Shown here piece by piece: positions 9,467 through 19,129 of a stretch of DNA of 32,733 bases (positions within the stretch are counted from its first letter, which is position 1; the number at the start of each line of letters is the position of its first letter). The stretch is taken from the NCBI GenBank assembly GCA_016235455.1, contig JACRKZ010000050.1, positions 1 to 32,733 on the forward strand, in the 5' to 3' direction. The translations under genes and the position numbers were made by a program. The notes beneath the pieces are model-generated. The model searched no databases. It had not been told where the DNA came from and saw only the letters and a program-made list of their open reading frames with translations. Source of the DNA: Armatimonadota bacterium (GTDB lineage Bacteria > Armatimonadota > UBA10988).

Positions 9467-12331
9467 ATGGCTCGATGGTTGTGGACCGTAGTGCTGGGGG
9501 CCGTCGTCGCGACGGCGGCTCCCTACCGCATCGTGGTCGAGGATGCCACGCATCCCGACCTGCCCGTCCCGCCGCCCACGGCCACGCCGGTGGAGCTGGT
9601 GGTACATGGCCGCACCTCGACGCTGCGCAGCATCCATATCGCCAAGCTGGGTCAGAAGCTGCCGCCGACCTTCGCCGGCAGCCGCATGGCCAACACGCCC
9701 GGCTTCCAGTGGTATGTGACGCGCCACTTCGCCATGAAGGCGCAGGTACCGAAGCTCGACGAGAAAGCCATGATCGAGCTGCTCGTGGTGGCCGAGCTGG
9801 GCTATCCCCACGAGTGCCGCGCCGTGGGTCGCGAGCCCGACGGCATCGACACCAAGCGCTTGCCCATCGTCTACGCCAACGACATGGAGGCGCTCAACGC
9901 CGCGGTCAAGACCGATCTGGGCAGCCAGTGGAGCGGCGGCGGCGGCGGCGTGACGCTCCATGCCAACCGCGCGGCCTACAACTACTGGACCAGCGGCGGG
10001 CTGGAGTACCACCGGCGCGATCTGCTGCTGCATGAAAACATGCACATGATCGAGATGTGCGCGATTGGCGTCGGCCGCTCGCCGGTCTGGCTGCTGGAGG
10101 GTTTGTCGCACGTCTTCGGCCAGCACGTCTGGGACAAGGCCAATCAGCGCCTGACCACGGCCGTGCTGGACCGCGCGCCGAGCAACGACTTCTACGACCG
10201 CGGGTTGGCCAACATCGCCGAGAAGCCGGTGGTGGCGGCCGACTTCTATGAGAGCCGTGTTGGCGAACCCTATCGGCCCGGCGTGTATGTGCTGTTCAAC
10301 CAGTTCTGCTGGTCAGACCCCGAGCGCCTGATGAAGTGGCGCCTGTGGCGCGATGAGCTGTACGCCTGCGGCGGCGTGGATCTGGTGGCCAACAACCGCC
10401 GGCTCATGCAGCGCATCTTCGGCCCGCCCGAAGCCTTCGACCGCGAATGGCTGCCGTGGCTGGCCGCGCGGCGCAACAGCTACCACTGGGTCTGCTGGGG
10501 CTGGGAGCAGGACGGCGACACGGTGCAGGCCTACGGCTGGCCGCCGGCCGGCTTCGACTATGCCCAGATGGACATCAACTGGGCGCCCGGCGAGCAGCCG
10601 GCCGAGGATCCGCTGCGGCTCGACTACCCGCAGACGCCGCCGCCGGCGCTGGTCGCTCCGGTCGACCGCCGCGCCGATGAGCCGTCGTTGGGCGTGCTGC
10701 TGGACTTCCGCGGCGAGCCCGACAAAGGCCTGTGCGGCGTGGCCCTGGCACGGCGCGCGGCGCTGGGCACGAAGGTCACGCGCACCGACACAGGCCGGCT
10801 GGAGATCGACGGCAGCCGCGTCGGTCGGCCCAACCAGACGCTCGACCTCGGCGCGGTCCTGCGCGACGTGCTACGACCGGGCGCCGAACGCCTGGGCCTG
10901 AAGGTCGAGCTGGGCGACACGCGCGACACATCGATGCCAATCCTCGTGCGGAACTGCCGCGAGGTGAGCATCGACGGCAGCGCCATCGGCCTGGAGAGCA
11001 AGACTGTTCCGCTGACCGCCGAGCTGCAGGCCGCCATCCGCCGCACTGAGGGCCGGCTGGGCTTGAACCTGCGCTTTGGCCGGCAGGCGCTGATCGTCAC
11101 GCTGGCCGCGGACAACGGCGCGCCGCCCAACCGCCAGGAGATCACCTTGCCGGTCAACGCCGAGCAGCGCCAGGCGCTGCTGAGCGGCCGCCTGTCGTTG
11201 TTGGCCAAGGACGCCAACCCACGCCTGACGCCGTACCTGGACCTGGTCCGCCGCACGACCGAGGATTACGACCAGGCGACGCCGAGCGGCCGCCTGTCGC
11301 TGGCCAGCGAGGACGACCTCTACGGCCTGGCGCGCGCCGCCTACCTGGCGGGCGAGCAGGCTCCGGCGTCGCTGACCGAGCTGCGGCGTAACCTCACCGC
11401 CGCCGGTGATGCGGGCCTGGCCGCCTATCGGGCCGGCCTGCCCAAGGTCATGGCCGACCTGGTTGCCCTGCCGAACACCGGCGGGGCGGTGGCGGCGCTG
11501 CTGGGCGTCAGCCTGAACCTCGGCGCCGACGCCGAGTCGACCTGTGCGGCACCGGCCTTCATCGCCGCCCTGCGCGGCGCGCGCGGCGAGGAGGTCACGG
11601 GCACCGTGCGGCTGGAAGCCACGGGCATTCGCCTGTCCGGGCCGGCCCTTGAACAGCCGGTGCGTCTGCCCGCCGGCGGCGCCCAGGCCGTGCCTTGGCG
11701 CGTGCCGATAGCCGAGGGTGGCACGGGCGCGTTCGTGTGCCGCGCGGTGGCCACGCTGACCTGCCGCGGCCAGCGCTTCACGCTGACCGCCGAGGCCATG
11801 GCACGTCGCTCGATCCCGGCCTGGCAGGTCATCGGCCCGTTCGACAACGCCGGCGGCGCCACGGCCGACATCGCCCACGCACCCGAGACCGAGCCGGTTG
11901 ACCTGACCCGGCGCTACGCCGGCGCCAAGGGCGCCCAGGTGGCCTGGCGCAAGGTGGAGCGCGCGTCCAGCGCCAGCCCGCTGAGCGAGCTGGTGGTCGA
12001 TCTCAACGAGCTCTACGGCCAGCCCGAGAACGTGGCCGCCTATGCCGTTTGCTGGGTGGAATCGGAACGCGAGCAGGAGGTGGAGCTGGGCGTCGGCTCC
12101 GAGGACGGGTTCGTGGCCTGGGTCAACCGCCAGCGCGTGGGCGCTGTGCTCCAGGCCAACCGTACCTACGCCGCACGCGGCGACCGCTGCCGCGTGAAAC
12201 TGCGCGCGGGGCTCAATGAACTGCTGCTCAAGATCACGCTCAGCGGCGCGGGCTGGAAGTTCGGCGCCGATCTGACCGGGCTCGACGGCCGGCCGGTACA
12301 AGGGCTGCGCTATCATCCGGAGCCGCGCTGA
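9467..12331 (+). CDS. Secreted multidomain protein with gluzincin-like zinc-metallopeptidase motif and C-terminal beta-sandwich domain
   Basis: LLLHENMH followed by PVWLLEGLS (third Zn ligand Glu). C-terminal WQVIGPFDN...GVGSEDG...GLNELLLKI resembles PA14/galactose-binding-like domains. Signal peptide. Confidence 0.65.
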   Translation: MARWLWTVVLGAVVATAAPYRIVVEDATHPDLPVPPPTATPVELVVHGRTSTLRSIHIAKLGQKLPPTFAGSRMANTPGFQWYVTRHFAMKAQVPKLDEKAMIELLVVAELGYPHECRAVGREPDGIDTKRLPIVYANDMEALNAAVKTDLGSQWSGGGGGVTLHANRAAYNYWTSGGLEYHRRDLLLHENMHMIEMCAIGVGRSPVWLLEGLSHVFGQHVWDKANQRLTTAVLDRAPSNDFYDRGLANIAEKPVVAADFYESRVGEPYRPGVYVLFNQFCWSDPERLMKWRLWRDELYACGGVDLVANNRRLMQRIFGPPEAFDREWLPWLAARRNSYHWVCWGWEQDGDTVQAYGWPPAGFDYAQMDINWAPGEQPAEDPLRLDYPQTPPPALVAPVDRRADEPSLGVLLDFRGEPDKGLCGVALARRAALGTKVTRTDTGRLEIDGSRVGRPNQTLDLGAVLRDVLRPGAERLGLKVELGDTRDTSMPILVRNCREVSIDGSAIGLESKTVPLTAELQAAIRRTEGRLGLNLRFGRQALIVTLAADNGAPPNRQEITLPVNAEQRQALLSGRLSLLAKDANPRLTPYLDLVRRTTEDYDQATPSGRLSLASEDDLYGLARAAYLAGEQAPASLTELRRNLTAAGDAGLAAYRAGLPKVMADLVALPNTGGAVAALLGVSLNLGADAESTCAAPAFIAALRGARGEEVTGTVRLEATGIRLSGPALEQPVRLPAGGAQAVPWRVPIAEGGTGAFVCRAVATLTCRGQRFTLTAEAMARRSIPAWQVIGPFDNAGGATADIAHAPETEPVDLTRRYAGAKGAQVAWRKVERASSASPLSELVVDLNELYGQPENVAAYAVCWVESEREQEVELGVGSEDGFVAWVNRQRVGAVLQANRTYAARGDRCRVKLRAGLNELLLKITLSGAGWKFGADLTGLDGRPVQGLRYHPEPR

Positions 12332-12791
12332 CCACTCTGACGCTTTACAGACGGTCAGACGGACGGCATAGTACTCAGGCAAGCCAGTGTGTATCGGGGC
12401 CTGACGGGCCAGACTGGCGCGCGACAAGGTGCCGTGCTGAGCGCTGGGGTCAGGGCAGGGCAGGCGTGGCGGATGTCGGCGCAGGCCCCAGCCGTGCCAT
12501 GGGCCTCGTTGCCGCCCGGCTTCGTCGGCGGTGCCTGAAGCGCTGCCCAGCGCAAGCATGGCGGCAGCCAGGTTGACGCAGCCGGGCCGCAAGGCGCGGC
12601 CCGAGGCGCTCGGGATACCTGAACTGCGGCGCTTGTGCTGGGCCAACCCCAGATGCCGACTGCCTGCGCCCATCGGCGCCGCCTTGGGCGCACTGTGCTT
12701 CGGGCATGCCTGGCGGGCGTCAGGCCAGTGCCGCTTGGCACATACTGGGTGGAGCCGCTCTATGGTGCTCTGTCGCCCAGGAGAACCGTTC

Positions 12792-13961
12792 ATGACTGCT
12801 CGTCGGACGACAACGTTCATCGCCCGGGCGGCGGTAGCCGCCCTGCTGCTGACGTGCTGCCAGTCGCGCCGGAGCGCTGAACGGCCTGCCGCGAGCGAAG
12901 GCACGGTTGCCGGCACGTCGGTTCAGACCGCGGCGCTCCCTACTCCGGTGGCTTCCACGCCGGCCGGACACCCGACCCAGTGGTACGTGGGGGTGCTGTA
13001 CTGGTCGATGAACATCAAGGGTCAGGTGGCCATGCGCCGGGGGCTGGAGGATGAGTGCCAGCGGATCAACCAGGCCGCGGCCAAGGACGGCAGCCGGCAG
13101 GTGAAGCTCGAGCCGCACGTTGCGGGCGATGGTGAGCAAGGCATCGAAACGCAGATTCGCCAGATGCGCGAGTTGATCGCGGCGCGCGTAGACCTGATCA
13201 TTGTTCAGCCCACGGATAACGCCGCGCTGGCCGCCCCGTTGCGCGAGGCCAACGCCGCGCGCACCCCCGTGGTGGCCTACGATCAGTACATCAATGGTGG
13301 CGAACTCGCGGCCTATGTCACTTCTGACAATTACCAGGCTGGCTGGCTAGATGGCGAGTATATCGCCGACCGCTTCCGTGGGCGGAGCGAGCTCCGCCTG
13401 GTCCTCGTCGAGTACCCGCAGGTCTCCTCGACCGTCGAGCGCGTCAACGGCTTCGTGGACGCGCTTGAGGCAGCCAAGGCGCATCAGCGGGTGCTGAAGA
13501 GCTACACGGCGGTCGAGCCGGTCGGCGGACGCAAGGCCGGGCAGGCCATTGTACGCGACTTCCCGGCGCGCGGCAGCGTTGACGTGGTGTTCACCGTTAA
13601 CGATGGCGGCGGCCTGGCGGTAGTCGATGTCCTGGCCGAGGCCAAGCGCACGGACATCATGGTGGCCACCATCGACGGCGACCCTCGTTCGGTCGACAAC
13701 ATCCGAGCCCGCCGCATCACGGTGGTGGACAGTGCGCAGTTCTGTGGGCCCCTTGGCGCCGAGGCAATGCGGGCTGGCTACGCGCTGCTTCGAGGACTGC
13801 CGACGCCGCGCCATGCCCTGGTGCCGGTCTTCCCCATCACCGTCGAGACGCTGGGGCTCTACCCAGGCTGGATGGGGCCCATCCCCGACGGATTCGACAA
13901 GCCCTGGCACAGCGCCAAGCCACGCTGGAGCGGCGCGCTCCGCGTGGAGGAGCGACGATGA
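12792..13961 (+). CDS. Sugar-binding periplasmic/lipoprotein of the RbsB/LacI-type PBP1 family
   Basis: VDLIIVQP, PVVAYD, YVTSDNYQAG, ERVNGF, VFTVNDGGGLAV, VATIDG. Start moved to ATG 12792 (AGGAG RBS); lipobox-like LLLTC. Confidence 0.85.
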   Translation: MTARRTTTFIARAAVAALLLTCCQSRRSAERPAASEGTVAGTSVQTAALPTPVASTPAGHPTQWYVGVLYWSMNIKGQVAMRRGLEDECQRINQAAAKDGSRQVKLEPHVAGDGEQGIETQIRQMRELIAARVDLIIVQPTDNAALAAPLREANAARTPVVAYDQYINGGELAAYVTSDNYQAGWLDGEYIADRFRGRSELRLVLVEYPQVSSTVERVNGFVDALEAAKAHQRVLKSYTAVEPVGGRKAGQAIVRDFPARGSVDVVFTVNDGGGLAVVDVLAEAKRTDIMVATIDGDPRSVDNIRARRITVVDSAQFCGPLGAEAMRAGYALLRGLPTPRHALVPVFPITVETLGLYPGWMGPIPDGFDKPWHSAKPRWSGALRVEERR

Positions 13962-16513
13962 GCATGGCCAGTCGCTGGCACCGCAGGGGCTCGGCCACCG
14001 TAGAGCGCATGGACCGCAAGCTCGCGCTCGCCTTTGGCGCGATCATCCTGGCGCTCATGCTGATCGTGGCCGGCACGGCCAGCCGGCTCTACAACCGCCT
14101 CAATCGCCAGGAGGAGGATCGTCTGGCTGGAACCATCGCCAGGGTGCTCGACCAGGCCATCAACAAGGTGGCATTCTCGGGCAAGTACCACACCCGCCTG
14201 CTTCTCGAGGAGATGAAGGCGAGCGTCCCGGACCTCGCCTTCATCTCTGTTGAGGATGCGGACGGCAGAGTGATCGCGCATAGCGATCCGTCCCGCAACG
14301 GCACCGTGCGCAGCCCCAGCGATATGGTGGCGACTCCGGCCGTCGGCGCACCCAGGTCGACCGAGCGGCTGGTCGACGGGCGCCACATCAAGGAGGTGGC
14401 CGTCCCCTATCGCGGTGGGCTAGGCGGCAACGTTCTGGGCACCATCCATGTTGGCATCACCACGGAGCTGGCTCGCCAGACACACCGGCGCAACCTGGCC
14501 GGGATGCTTGTGTTGACGGCCCTGCTCACCATCAGCGCCATGTGGGTGGTCCTGCTGCTCAGCCGCGGCTTCGGCGGCGCGGTACGCGCTCTGGCGGTGC
14601 AACTGCAGGGCATCGCCGATAGCCTGCCGGGTGTCATCTACCGGTTCCACCTTCTCGCTGATGGCTCGGTGCGTATGGTGTTCACCAGCCAGGCGGCGAT
14701 GCACCTGTTCGGCCTGGGCTCGGCGCGCCCGGAGGACTTCCTGGTCGGCTTCACCGCCGGCCTCCAGGCCGATGATCAGGCGCGCTTCGATGAGTCGATC
14801 CGCGCCGCCGCCGCGGCTCGGTCGCCGTGGCACTTCGGCGCACGGTTCACGCGGTCTGACGGGAGCACCCTGTGGTTCCATTGCATCGCGCAGATCGCGA
14901 GCCTCGCCGATGGCACCACCGAGTTCTCGGGCGTACTGCTCGACATCACCGAGCGCCAACGAGCCGAGGAGGACCTGTGGCGCTCGCGGGAGATCCTCAA
15001 GGCCGTGCTGGATAGCATCACGGTACGCGTCTTCTGGAAGGACACGGACCTCAACTACCTGGGCTGCAACCTGGCGTTCGCGCGCGACGCCGGGTTCGAG
15101 GAGCCCGAGCAGGTCATTGGCAGAAGCGATTTCGATGTGGTCTGGCGCGCCCAGGCCGAGATGTACCGGAGCGCCGATTACGAAGTGATAGCGACGGGCA
15201 CGCCCAGACTGCTCTATGAGGAACCGTTGACCACGGGCTCGGGCGAGACGGTGCACGTGCTCACCAGCAAGGTGCCTCTGCGCGACGCACAAGGAGCAGT
15301 CATCGGCGTGCTCGGCACGTATCTGGACATCACCGAACGCAAGCGGGCCGACGCTCAGCGCGACGAGTTGCAGGCGCAACTCGTGCAGGCCCAGAAGATG
15401 GAATCGGTGGGCCGGCTGGCCGGTGGCGTGGCACACGACTTCAACAACATGCTCGGCGTCATCCTGGGCCACGCCGAGATGGCGATGCAGGCGGTCGGCC
15501 CGCTCTCGCCCGTCCATGCCGACCTGGAACAGATCACCCAAGCGGCCAGGCGCTCCGCGGATCTGACGCGGCAGTTGCTGGCCTTCGCGCGCAAACAGAC
15601 CGTCACGCCCAGAGTGCTCGATCTGAACACGACCGTCGAAGGCATGCTCAGAATGCTCAAACGGCTCATTGGCGAGAACATCGAACTGGCTTGGCGGCCC
15701 GGCGCGAATTTGCCGCGCATCAACATGGATCCCTCGCAGCTCGACCAGATCCTGGCCAATCTCTGCGTCAATGCGCGAGACGCCATCGACGGTGTCGGCC
15801 AGGTGACCATCGAGACGGCGCTCGTGCCGCGCGTCAGCGTCGGCGCCGCGTCCCCCGATAGCGAGCATGTACGCCTTTCGGTCACCGACACCGGCTGTGG
15901 CATGGACCGTGAGACCATCAGCCACATCTACGAGCCGTTCTACACGACCAAGTCGTTAGGGCAGGGCACCGGATTGGGGCTGGCCACGGTCTACGGCATC
16001 GTCACGCAGAACAGCGGTCTGATCGATGTTGACAGCGCTCCTGGCCGTGGCACGACATTCCACGTCTACCTGCCCGCGCTGCCCGCACTGCCCGTTGGCG
16101 CGAACGCCGAGGACGCCCCGCCGCGGACACTGCCGGCCCAAGGGGGCCAGGAGATCGTGCTCCTCGTCGAAGACGAGCCGGCCATTCTGCGTATGGTGTC
16201 GGTCATGCTGGAGCGCCTGGGGTACCGCGTTCTGCCAGCCGCCAGACCCAGCGAGGCCATCCGCCTCGCTGGCCAGCACGCCGAGCCCATCGACCTGCTG
16301 CTGACCGATGTGATCATGCCCGAGATGACCGGGCGCGACCTGGCCAACCAGTTGCTGGCGCGGCACGCCGGGCTCAAGGTGCTGTTCATGTCGGGCTACA
16401 CGGGCGACGTGCTCGCCAGCCGAGGGGTCATCGACGACGGCGTCAACTTCATTGGCAAGCCATTCACCGCGGCCGAGCTTGCCGCTGGCCTGCGCCAGCT
16501 ACTTGGCTCGTGA
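13958..16513 (+). CDS. Membrane hybrid sensor histidine kinase (2 TM, two PAS, HisKA/HATPase, receiver)
   Basis: H-box AHDFNNML, N-box NLCVNARDA, DTGCGM, PFYTTK, GTGLGL; receiver LLVEDE..LLTDVIMP..GKP; two PAS/PAC ends (DITER); ATGA overlap with the upstream gene. Confidence 0.93.
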   Translation: MSMASRWHRRGSATVERMDRKLALAFGAIILALMLIVAGTASRLYNRLNRQEEDRLAGTIARVLDQAINKVAFSGKYHTRLLLEEMKASVPDLAFISVEDADGRVIAHSDPSRNGTVRSPSDMVATPAVGAPRSTERLVDGRHIKEVAVPYRGGLGGNVLGTIHVGITTELARQTHRRNLAGMLVLTALLTISAMWVVLLLSRGFGGAVRALAVQLQGIADSLPGVIYRFHLLADGSVRMVFTSQAAMHLFGLGSARPEDFLVGFTAGLQADDQARFDESIRAAAAARSPWHFGARFTRSDGSTLWFHCIAQIASLADGTTEFSGVLLDITERQRAEEDLWRSREILKAVLDSITVRVFWKDTDLNYLGCNLAFARDAGFEEPEQVIGRSDFDVVWRAQAEMYRSADYEVIATGTPRLLYEEPLTTGSGETVHVLTSKVPLRDAQGAVIGVLGTYLDITERKRADAQRDELQAQLVQAQKMESVGRLAGGVAHDFNNMLGVILGHAEMAMQAVGPLSPVHADLEQITQAARRSADLTRQLLAFARKQTVTPRVLDLNTTVEGMLRMLKRLIGENIELAWRPGANLPRINMDPSQLDQILANLCVNARDAIDGVGQVTIETALVPRVSVGAASPDSEHVRLSVTDTGCGMDRETISHIYEPFYTTKSLGQGTGLGLATVYGIVTQNSGLIDVDSAPGRGTTFHVYLPALPALPVGANAEDAPPRTLPAQGGQEIVLLVEDEPAILRMVSVMLERLGYRVLPAARPSEAIRLAGQHAEPIDLLLTDVIMPEMTGRDLANQLLARHAGLKVLFMSGYTGDVLASRGVIDDGVNFIGKPFTAAELAAGLRQLLGS

Positions 16514-16520
16514 GTGCCGC

Positions 16521-18776
16521 CTACACCCCATGCGCCGTCCGCGCGATGATCGCCTCCTGCAGCGCCTCGGACAGGCTGGTGAAGTAGTCGCTGTAGCCGC
16601 CCACGCGCACGATCAGGTCGCGGTGCGCTTCAGGCTCGGCCTGCGCCGCGCGCAGAGTCTCGGTGTCCACCACGTTGATCTGCAACTGCATGCCACCCAG
16701 CGCGAAGTAGGCGCGCACGAGCTGGACGGCGGTGTCGAGCCCGGCCTGCGTGGTCAGCATCTCGCGCTGCAGGCGCATGTTGACCACCGGTGTGCCGGCC
16801 ATGAGCGCCAACGGCAGCTTGGTCACCGAGCGCAGCATGGCCGTCGGACCATGCGTGTCGCGGCCTTGCGCCGGCCCAGCGCTGTCGGCCATGACCGCAC
16901 CGGCTAGCCGGCCATCGGGCGTCGCACCCACGTAGGCACCGTCGCCGGCCCAGTGGTTGAACATGATGCAGCCCGGCAGGTAGCGCCCACCGCGCGGATG
17001 CGGCTGTCGATGCATCTCGCGGCAGACGAACTCGAGGATCTCACGACCCACATCGTCGGCCGCCGGATCGTCGTTGCCGAAGCGCGGCGCCGCCATCAAC
17101 AGGCGCCGCTCGGTCTCGTAGCCCTCGAAGTTGGCGGCCAGCGCGGCGCTGAGTGTGGTGCGGTCGAGTTTGCCCTGCTCATACACGCAGGTACGTAGCG
17201 CGGCCAGGCTGTCGATCAGGTTGGCGATGCCGATGACGTTGGTGATCGACCAGTTGTAGCGCGCGCCACCGGCCTCGAAGCCGCGGTGCCGCGCCACGCA
17301 GTCGCGGGTGAACAGCGTGCGGTAGAGCTTGGGGTCGCCCTCGGTGAAGCGTCGGCGGTAGTCGTCGGACAGATCGGTGAAGAAGACCGCCATGACATGG
17401 CTGATCTGCCGGCGCAACGCCGCCAGCAGGCTCTCGAAATCCTCGAAATCGACCAGCCGGCCCGTATGTGGACCCACCTGGCGCCGTTCGACCGGGTCGT
17501 AGCCGTCGTTCAGCGTGTATTCGAGGATCTTGGCCAGGTTGATGTCAATGCCCGGATAGTGCCGGCTGTGATAGCAACTGCTGCCGACGCTCGAACGGCC
17601 GGGGATCATCGACTCCGTGCAGCCGCCAAAGCCCAGGTCGCGCGCATCCTCGGGCGTCAGGCTCAGGTCGAGGTCGAGCAGCGTCTGCTGGTACAGGTCG
17701 TCGTTGTACAGCGCCGGCCGGCCGGTGCCGTTGCTCAGCGCCTGCAAGGCCAGCCGGACACCCGCGTCGGGCGTGCCCTTGGTGATGCGGAAGGCGACAT
17801 TGGGCCGCGCCAGCCGGTTGCGCTCACAGGCCAGCAGGATCTCGGCCGACAACGCGTTGTAGCCATCCTCGCCCGCGGGCGTGTAGCCACCGAGCTGCAG
17901 GTTGTAGCCGTTCATGCTCTCGATGCTGTGGAAATGCTCATCGAGCAGCCGCCGCGCGAAGTCGACATCGATGACGCCGGCCGCGAGATCCTGGTCGTAG
18001 AGCGCGCCGAGCAACTGGTCGAGCCGACCGACGTTGTCGCAGCCATCGAGCATCCACATGAAGTGGACCGCCAGGAAGCCCTGGTAGAACGTCGTCGCCG
18101 GCTGCAGGAAGCAGTCGCGGAAGCTGTCGCGCAAGTGCAGCAGTTCGGCGCGGCGCGGCTCGTCAGCCTGCTCCGCGGCCGCGCCGATGGCCTCCACCGC
18201 ACGGGCATGGAAGGCGCGGACGCCCTGCGCGTAGTCCCACACCGCGTCGAGCAGGTTCCGCTCGTCGTCGCCGGCCCCCGAGTCGGCCGCGTAGACCTTG
18301 GCCAGTTCCGCGGCCAGCTCGGCCTCCACCGCGTCGAAGCCCTCGGCCAGGATGCGCGGCGCGTCGGGGCAGTTGTGGGTGGAGTCGCCGAAGAAGTGGA
18401 AGCGCGGCCGCAAGTCGGCCAGCAGCGCGTCGATGAACTCCGCCTGCTCGGGGTGCCGGGCCTTCTTGATCTCCGCGGCCTCGCCGTTGGCGCGCAGCCC
18501 GCCGAAGTACTCGAAATCACAGATGCCGCCCAGCACCGACCACTGGCCACGGGCGGGATTGGCCGCGCGCAGCAGCTCGTGCGGCTCACATGGCATCAGC
18601 AGCCCATCCTCGGGCACGCGGATGAGCATGTGCTCGTACAGGCGGCGATAGGCCCGGCCGTAGGCCCGTGGCCAGGGCAGGTCGAGCCCTTCGTAGAGGC
18701 CGAGCGCGGCCCACTCGCCCAGCGCTCGCAGGCGGTCTTCGTAGTCTGGGAAACGGTCGGACAGCGTGACGGCCAT
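16521..18776 (-). CDS. Glycyl radical enzyme (pyruvate formate-lyase superfamily, non-PFL), substrate unknown
   Basis: Gly loop LIVRVGGYS, single-Cys loop GGCTES, ATPDGR, PRFGND, LQINVVD. Start moved to ATG 18776 (GAGGAG RBS). Confidence 0.9.
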   Translation of the reverse strand: MAVTLSDRFPDYEDRLRALGEWAALGLYEGLDLPWPRAYGRAYRRLYEHMLIRVPEDGLLMPCEPHELLRAANPARGQWSVLGGICDFEYFGGLRANGEAAEIKKARHPEQAEFIDALLADLRPRFHFFGDSTHNCPDAPRILAEGFDAVEAELAAELAKVYAADSGAGDDERNLLDAVWDYAQGVRAFHARAVEAIGAAAEQADEPRRAELLHLRDSFRDCFLQPATTFYQGFLAVHFMWMLDGCDNVGRLDQLLGALYDQDLAAGVIDVDFARRLLDEHFHSIESMNGYNLQLGGYTPAGEDGYNALSAEILLACERNRLARPNVAFRITKGTPDAGVRLALQALSNGTGRPALYNDDLYQQTLLDLDLSLTPEDARDLGFGGCTESMIPGRSSVGSSCYHSRHYPGIDINLAKILEYTLNDGYDPVERRQVGPHTGRLVDFEDFESLLAALRRQISHVMAVFFTDLSDDYRRRFTEGDPKLYRTLFTRDCVARHRGFEAGGARYNWSITNVIGIANLIDSLAALRTCVYEQGKLDRTTLSAALAANFEGYETERRLLMAAPRFGNDDPAADDVGREILEFVCREMHRQPHPRGGRYLPGCIMFNHWAGDGAYVGATPDGRLAGAVMADSAGPAQGRDTHGPTAMLRSVTKLPLALMAGTPVVNMRLQREMLTTQAGLDTAVQLVRAYFALGGMQLQINVVDTETLRAAQAEPEAHRDLIVRVGGYSDYFTSLSEALQEAIIARTAHGV

Positions 18777-18797
18777 GGTCCGGCTCCTCGTGCAGTG

Positions 18798-18825
18798 CGC
18801 TGTGCGCTCTGCGCAGCGCACAGCG
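18798..18825. promoter_or_regulatory. Perfect 11-bp inverted repeat between divergent genes
   Basis: CGCTGTGCGCT-N6-AGCGCACAGCG, ~20 bp upstream of the glycyl radical enzyme start. Confidence 0.4.
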
Positions 18826-18871
18826 TAGCGCGTCGCGCGGCTGGGTACAACCGGATTCAGGGAAGCGAACC

Positions 18872-19129
18872 ATGGGCGACCTCAAAGACCCGCGGCTGAT
18901 GTGGCTCAAGGCGGCACTGTTCGTCGTCGCGGTGCTGCTGGCCTCGGCCGGGCTGCTGGCCCAGCAGCCCGAATGGCGCACCGCGCTGCTGCTGGCGATC
19001 GCAGTGGTCTGCGCCTGCCGTTTCTACTACTTCTGCTTCTACGTCATCGAACACTACATCGACGACCAGTTCCGCTTCGCCGGACTGTGGTCGGTGTTGC
19101 TCTACCTCTGGCGGCGCCGCTCCGGCTAG
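18872..19129 (+). CDS. Small hypothetical membrane protein
   Basis: 85 aa, two hydrophobic helices, aromatic-rich CRFYYFCFYVIEHYID; coding-like GC3. Confidence 0.75.
   Translation: MGDLKDPRLMWLKAALFVVAVLLASAGLLAQQPEWRTALLLAIAVVCACRFYYFCFYVIEHYIDDQFRFAGLWSVLLYLWRRRSG

Noticed and set aside
16521-18776. Canonical pyruvate formate-lyase (pflB)
   Set aside because: It has a single Cys (GGCTE) rather than the Cys-Cys pair, and no adjacent pflA.
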